A stretch of 64,000 nt of DNA. It comes from an uncultured Spirochaetia bacterium (GTDB lineage Bacteria; Spirochaetota; Spirochaetia; CAKZLE01). The position numbers and the translations under genes were made by a program. Shown here one piece after another: positions 60,371 through 64,000 of this stretch. The stretch covers positions 113,532 to 177,531 of the forward strand of contig CAKZLE010000024.1 of assembly GCA_937125225.1 (NCBI GenBank), given 5' to 3'. How positions within the stretch are numbered: the stretch's first letter is position 1; each line of letters opens with the position of its first letter. The notes under the pieces are model-generated. The model was not told the DNA's origin and searched no databases. It saw only the letters and a program-made list of their open reading frames with translations.

Positions 60371-63300
60371 GTGTACACAAATCCTATCGTACCAAGAAGA
60401 GTCCTATGCCTGATCGCCATCTTTCTGACACTCGCCTCAAGCACTTCGTTTGCCGGGGTGAGGAGTATCAGGTCCCGTCAGTTACTCAATGATCCGGTGA
60501 TCGAGACCTACGAGTATGCGAAGATCAGCCCTTCGACCCTCCTCAAGAATACGATCCTACGAGTACAGATAGATAACGATCAGCAGGAGGCTGCTGAACT
60601 GATGGTAGTCTTCTCTATCGAGATAGATGTTCCTTCCTCTGCAGATTCAGCAGACCTCTCCTGGGATGGTACGATGGAAATCAATCTCTATCCGGTTATC
60701 CCCATAGGGGAATCTCTCACGATCGATAATACGACGATCATAGCGAATCTCGATGATTATATGAGTTTCGGTTTCGATGGTTTCTCAGGAAGCTTCGGCC
60801 CTGACGGTAACACCTCTCCTGGGAACCTGGACTTCACTGATCTCGATATGGGGGATACTGCTGCTTTGGGTGAGTTCATCAATCAGGTGCTCGTGCTACC
60901 AGAAGGGGAGTATACGATCGCCTTTCATATCTATGAGAAGGATTACACCTCTGCTCAGGATGACTATTCTGAAGATAGGGGTGCTGAAGAGGTCACCTTC
61001 AAGGTCGTCGATATCGGAGGGCTTACGATCAGTGAGACTCCACAGATCGATGACCTCTCGATCGGTTGGGAACTCCCAGAGATCCCCGATTACCATGATA
61101 ATCGTAAGACCACCTCAGTGATCACAATCACCGAGGGGAATGATGAGCTGTATTCGATCTCCATCGAGCATGACCCCCCGAACGGGCAGGGTATCAAGGG
61201 CTATCCCGGTGATACCGACGAGGGTGCTATGACTCTTGATCTCAGTGATGAAGGGATCCCTTTCAGAGCTGGAGAGCAGTATACCCTGTCATTGGCCTAT
61301 CTTGATTGGCATGGAGAGCCTATCGCAGCGGATATGGACAAGACCTTTGACTTCGAAGGATTCGAGCTCTCCTATACGAAGATCGATAAGACACTTGAAG
61401 AGCTCTCTGTAGAGCTTGAATGGGATGCAGGCAGCTATGGTATGGATGATTGGATCGAATCCTATGATCTCTATCTTGATGGGAGAAAGATCACAGAGAC
61501 CGATGATACCACCTTCGAACTCGATGAGGGTCATCTCTCCTTTGGTACGAGCTATGACTGGTATGTGATCCCCAGGTATGCATCAGATGGGAAGCCCTTT
61601 GAGACGAACACGAGTGAGAGAGGGGGCTTCTCAGTGAAAGAACACGATGCACCTCGAGTCAACATAGCCTCAATGAAGGACTCCGATACGTTCTTCTATG
61701 CAAGGGAATATGATTTTGTCGCAGAGGCTCAAGGTTTCGATGAGGCGACGATCGTCTCCTATGATTGGGTATTCGGGGTGATAAGACTCCAGGGAGAGAC
61801 GGTAAAGAACACCTTGTGGAACAGGACCTCTGATTTCCCGATCAGTTGTCAAGTCACCGATTCTCTAGACATGACCTCAGCCAAAGAGACTATCTATGTC
61901 AGTGTCATAGACCCAGATTTCATGATGCGAAGATCTTCTCAGGTACTCAAATACAAGGCAGAGAGTGAAGAGTATCCTGAGATGACCGTGGAGATAGTGA
62001 GCTATCCCATAGACCCGATCGAGGTCATCTGGTCAATAGATGATAAGAGGATCGTGACTAGTGAACCTGAGCTCACTCATACCTACAGAGGTCTCGGTGA
62101 ACATGAGATCTTTGCCACTGCCCGTTATGAAGACTCCTATGGGAATGTCCTTGAGGTGGATCATGATACCAAGGTGACGGTCATAGATGCTGATCTTGGG
62201 ATCTTTGCAGGAGAAATGAGCCAACCTCTCATGCTCCCTATCCCGTCTTCGACACCCTATACTCAACTACGACCAGAGGGGGCCTCCGTACCAGATATGA
62301 CAGCTTCTGTACCACAAGTAGAATTACCGACTCCTCCAGAATTCCCCTATGGACAAGAACCTATGGGAGACTCCCAAGAAGATGGTGATGGAGGTTCAGG
62401 AGGTGAAGATGAAGAAGGTGCTGATCAGGGTCCTGAGCAGGATGGAGAGGGAGATGAGCAAGGTGCTAGTGGGGAAGGAGAAGGTGATGATCCTAGTGGT
62501 TCTGACACTGGTGGCCCTGATCCTGGTAGTGACTTCTCGCAAAGGGGTGCTGACCAACCTGCTCCATTGATCCCTACAGGTGGTCCCCAACCAGTAGATA
62601 CCGATGATCCTTCGGTACCCTCTCTATATGACCGGGAAGATGGTCTTGATGAAGAAGAGCTAGACAGGATGAAGTGGACACCTAGAATCGGTAGTCCGAT
62701 GACCGGAGAGAGCTTCGATTGGGGAGAGCCGATACCGCTCAATGGTATCGCACCTGAGGGTTCTCCGACAGCCTATGTCTGGGAGATAGATGGTGAGGAA
62801 ATCGCTTTGAGTGATACTCTTATGACGAGTATCTCTTCACTCTCTGAAGGAGAACACCTGATCAGACTCTACAGCATAGTTGATTCGTATCAACGACGGT
62901 ATACATCAGAACCCGTACAGATCATCGTGAACCCGAGGAGGAACTTCTCTCGAGGGAGAGTGATGGTCGTCGAGAGACGTAAGCTTGGGACCGTACTGAG
63001 ACCTCCCAAGAATGGCCAGGTCCTAAGAGCTGATGGCTCAAAGTCTTCTATCTCGGCATCTTCAGACTTCTTCGAAGGAGATGAGATACAGATCAGATCA
63101 GGTGATAGTATGAGTGTGTTCATCATAGATTCCAATAAGAGTGTTGAGTTAAGGTCGGGTGATTACCTCTGGGATTCAGGGAGCCCCTCCTGGACTAAGA
63201 CTCTCCCTGCTCATGTGGTGGAGGAGGCTAAGACTACTAGCGGTTCGATACAGGGTATGGCCACCTCGATCGCCCTCATCAGGGAGCGAGCACAAGAGGC

Positions 63301-63655
63301 AGAAAAGCTGGCAAAAGCCTCTCAAGATCCCGCTGAAGTTGGACGAGAACTCTCGCTCACTGTAGATTCGTTGACCGAAGCCCGATCGATCAGAGATGAT
63401 ATGAACAGGATACTCACAGTTGGGATGAGGAACACCCTCAATCTCCTTCCGGTACAAAAAGCAGCTATTGAGAACTCTATGAGGTCTATCAATGAGGATC
63501 TCCAACAGATCGGAGAGTCTCTTAGGAGTATAGAGTCACACCTAGGAGAGATATCAGGTCCAGAAGGTGTAGGAGGCTCTATAGAGGATGGTCCTCTCGA
63601 GGCTCCACTACCGACTCTTAGGGAATCGAGACCAACAACCGGAAGCATTGAATAA
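60371..63655 (+). CDS. Large secreted protein with PKD-like Ig domains, an acidic low-complexity region and a C-terminal coiled coil
   Basis: Signal peptide LCLIAIFLTLASSTSFA. PKD-like stretches include VIWSIDDKRIV...HTYRGLGEHEIFATARYEDSYGN and YVWEIDGEEI. The D/E/G-rich tract is at about 62340-62560. GTG start. Confidence 0.75.
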   Translation: MYTNPIVPRRVLCLIAIFLTLASSTSFAGVRSIRSRQLLNDPVIETYEYAKISPSTLLKNTILRVQIDNDQQEAAELMVVFSIEIDVPSSADSADLSWDGTMEINLYPVIPIGESLTIDNTTIIANLDDYMSFGFDGFSGSFGPDGNTSPGNLDFTDLDMGDTAALGEFINQVLVLPEGEYTIAFHIYEKDYTSAQDDYSEDRGAEEVTFKVVDIGGLTISETPQIDDLSIGWELPEIPDYHDNRKTTSVITITEGNDELYSISIEHDPPNGQGIKGYPGDTDEGAMTLDLSDEGIPFRAGEQYTLSLAYLDWHGEPIAADMDKTFDFEGFELSYTKIDKTLEELSVELEWDAGSYGMDDWIESYDLYLDGRKITETDDTTFELDEGHLSFGTSYDWYVIPRYASDGKPFETNTSERGGFSVKEHDAPRVNIASMKDSDTFFYAREYDFVAEAQGFDEATIVSYDWVFGVIRLQGETVKNTLWNRTSDFPISCQVTDSLDMTSAKETIYVSVIDPDFMMRRSSQVLKYKAESEEYPEMTVEIVSYPIDPIEVIWSIDDKRIVTSEPELTHTYRGLGEHEIFATARYEDSYGNVLEVDHDTKVTVIDADLGIFAGEMSQPLMLPIPSSTPYTQLRPEGASVPDMTASVPQVELPTPPEFPYGQEPMGDSQEDGDGGSGGEDEEGADQGPEQDGEGDEQGASGEGEGDDPSGSDTGGPDPGSDFSQRGADQPAPLIPTGGPQPVDTDDPSVPSLYDREDGLDEEELDRMKWTPRIGSPMTGESFDWGEPIPLNGIAPEGSPTAYVWEIDGEEIALSDTLMTSISSLSEGEHLIRLYSIVDSYQRRYTSEPVQIIVNPRRNFSRGRVMVVERRKLGTVLRPPKNGQVLRADGSKSSISASSDFFEGDEIQIRSGDSMSVFIIDSNKSVELRSGDYLWDSGSPSWTKTLPAHVVEEAKTTSGSIQGMATSIALIRERAQEAEKLAKASQDPAEVGRELSLTVDSLTEARSIRDDMNRILTVGMRNTLNLLPVQKAAIENSMRSINEDLQQIGESLRSIESHLGEISGPEGVGGSIEDGPLEAPLPTLRESRPTTGSIE

Positions 63656-63673
63656 GAAGAGCAGGAGGAACCT

Positions 63674-64000
63674 ATGAACAACAAGACTTTTTATGTGATC
63701 ATGATCTTGATCACCATGACATCCTTCCTCTTCGGATATGAGGTGGGGCTCCCTGAACAGATACTCGATCGACAGTCGGTAACGGTGAATCTGAGTAGCG
63801 AGAGCGGGGACCCAGAGATAGCATCGGTACGATTCTATCTCCTGCAGGATATTGAAGAACCCCTGTTCCTCTCCCTCGAGGAATCTCTCGGGCTCTGGAG
63901 TGCGATCATTCCTGGAGCCTATATCGTTGGTGAGAAGATGCATTACTTCGTAGAGGTACAAAGTAGCGACGGCTATGTGCGGAGACTCCCGCAGCGGGAT
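63674..64000 (+). CDS. 5' part of a secreted hypothetical protein (runs off the window)
   Basis: The ATG at 63674 is preceded by AGGAGGAA. 109 stop-free codons run to the window edge, starting with a signal-like N-terminus MNNKTFYVIMILITMTSFLFG. It is absent from the ORF track because no stop is reached. Confidence 0.6.
   Translation, partial: MNNKTFYVIMILITMTSFLFGYEVGLPEQILDRQSVTVNLSSESGDPEIASVRFYLLQDIEEPLFLSLEESLGLWSAIIPGAYIVGEKMHYFVEVQSSDGYVRRLPQRD

Noticed and set aside
334-63961. Numerous 60-180-aa ORFs on the opposite strand or in alternative frames inside long genes. Examples: 334-690, 2865-3107, 4766-5209, 12928-13218, 28710-29069, 29129-29561, 44393-44866, 48330-48767, 50430-50966, 57984-58335, 62425-62742, 63322-63961.
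   Set aside because: All are fully embedded in much longer ORFs with clear family motifs. They lack RBSs and have skewed, low-complexity compositions typical of shadow ORFs.
1-64000. tRNA, rRNA, tmRNA, RNase P or SRP RNA genes
   Set aside because: Scanning the intergenic regions by eye found no cloverleaf-compatible segments and no conserved core motifs, such as GGAAGCAGCC for SRP or GAGGAAAGUCC for RNase P. A covariance-model scan would be needed for certainty.

Overview
This is a bacterial chromosomal segment with about 55 protein-coding genes. Reading by eye, I found no rRNA, tRNA or CRISPR array. The gene content (BspA-type LRR and Listeria-Bacteroides repeat surface proteins, PocR-domain hybrid kinases, sugar catabolism, a sulfatase) suggests an anaerobic saccharolytic organism, possibly a spirochaete or clostridial type. 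Taxonomy cannot be established from this window.

Layout from left to right:
1. 0.2-2.1 kb: a form-IV RuBisCO-like protein plus an RpiB/LacAB isomerase.
2. 2.4-6.7 kb: a tightly coupled three-gene operon with no recognisable enzymatic domain. It encodes a 2-TM, zinc-ribbon, coiled-coil protein, then a coiled-coil protein, then a beta-helix protein.
3. 6.8-12.4 kb: assorted oxidoreductases, a hydrolase, an orphan NusG paralog and a DMT transporter.
4. 12.5-23.2 kb: an accessory, defence-like islet. It holds a membrane-anchored AlbA_2/Schlafen-like protein and a MarR regulator with a coupled small ORF. Divergent from MarR are an unannotated 56-aa hydrophobic/acidic ORF and an SF1 UvrD-like helicase with an unknown N-terminal domain. 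The islet also holds an AbiEi/AbiEii pair whose toxin has an in-frame TAG, a DUF4143 ATPase and an IS200 tnpA. Two near-identical 552-bp SGNH-hydrolase gene cores bracket the AbiE/ATPase insert.
5. 23.2-27.8 kb: a 1470-aa lipoprotein (7 List-Bact repeats plus BspA LRRs) preceded by a 15-bp tandem repeat array.
6. 28.1-37.3 kb: a sulfatase, a NitT/TauT-type ABC importer and a YesM/YesN-like two-component system.
7. 37.8-43.9 kb: small enzymes and a rare-sugar locus (D-lyxose isomerase-like cupin, DeoR plus an HTH-less DeoR paralog, class II aldolase).
8. 44.3-47.4 kb: an FG-GAP propeller lipoprotein and one unknown protein.
9. 47.5-57.2 kb: three consecutive hybrid histidine kinases, two of them PocR-domain paralogs.
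10. 57.3-64.0 kb: further secreted and surface proteins.

The best candidates for an undescribed system are the 2.4-6.7 kb three-gene operon and the small-ORF plus helicase module at 15.6-18.0 kb. The membrane AlbA_2 protein ranks next. All functional calls come from motif recognition by eye. No database search was run.
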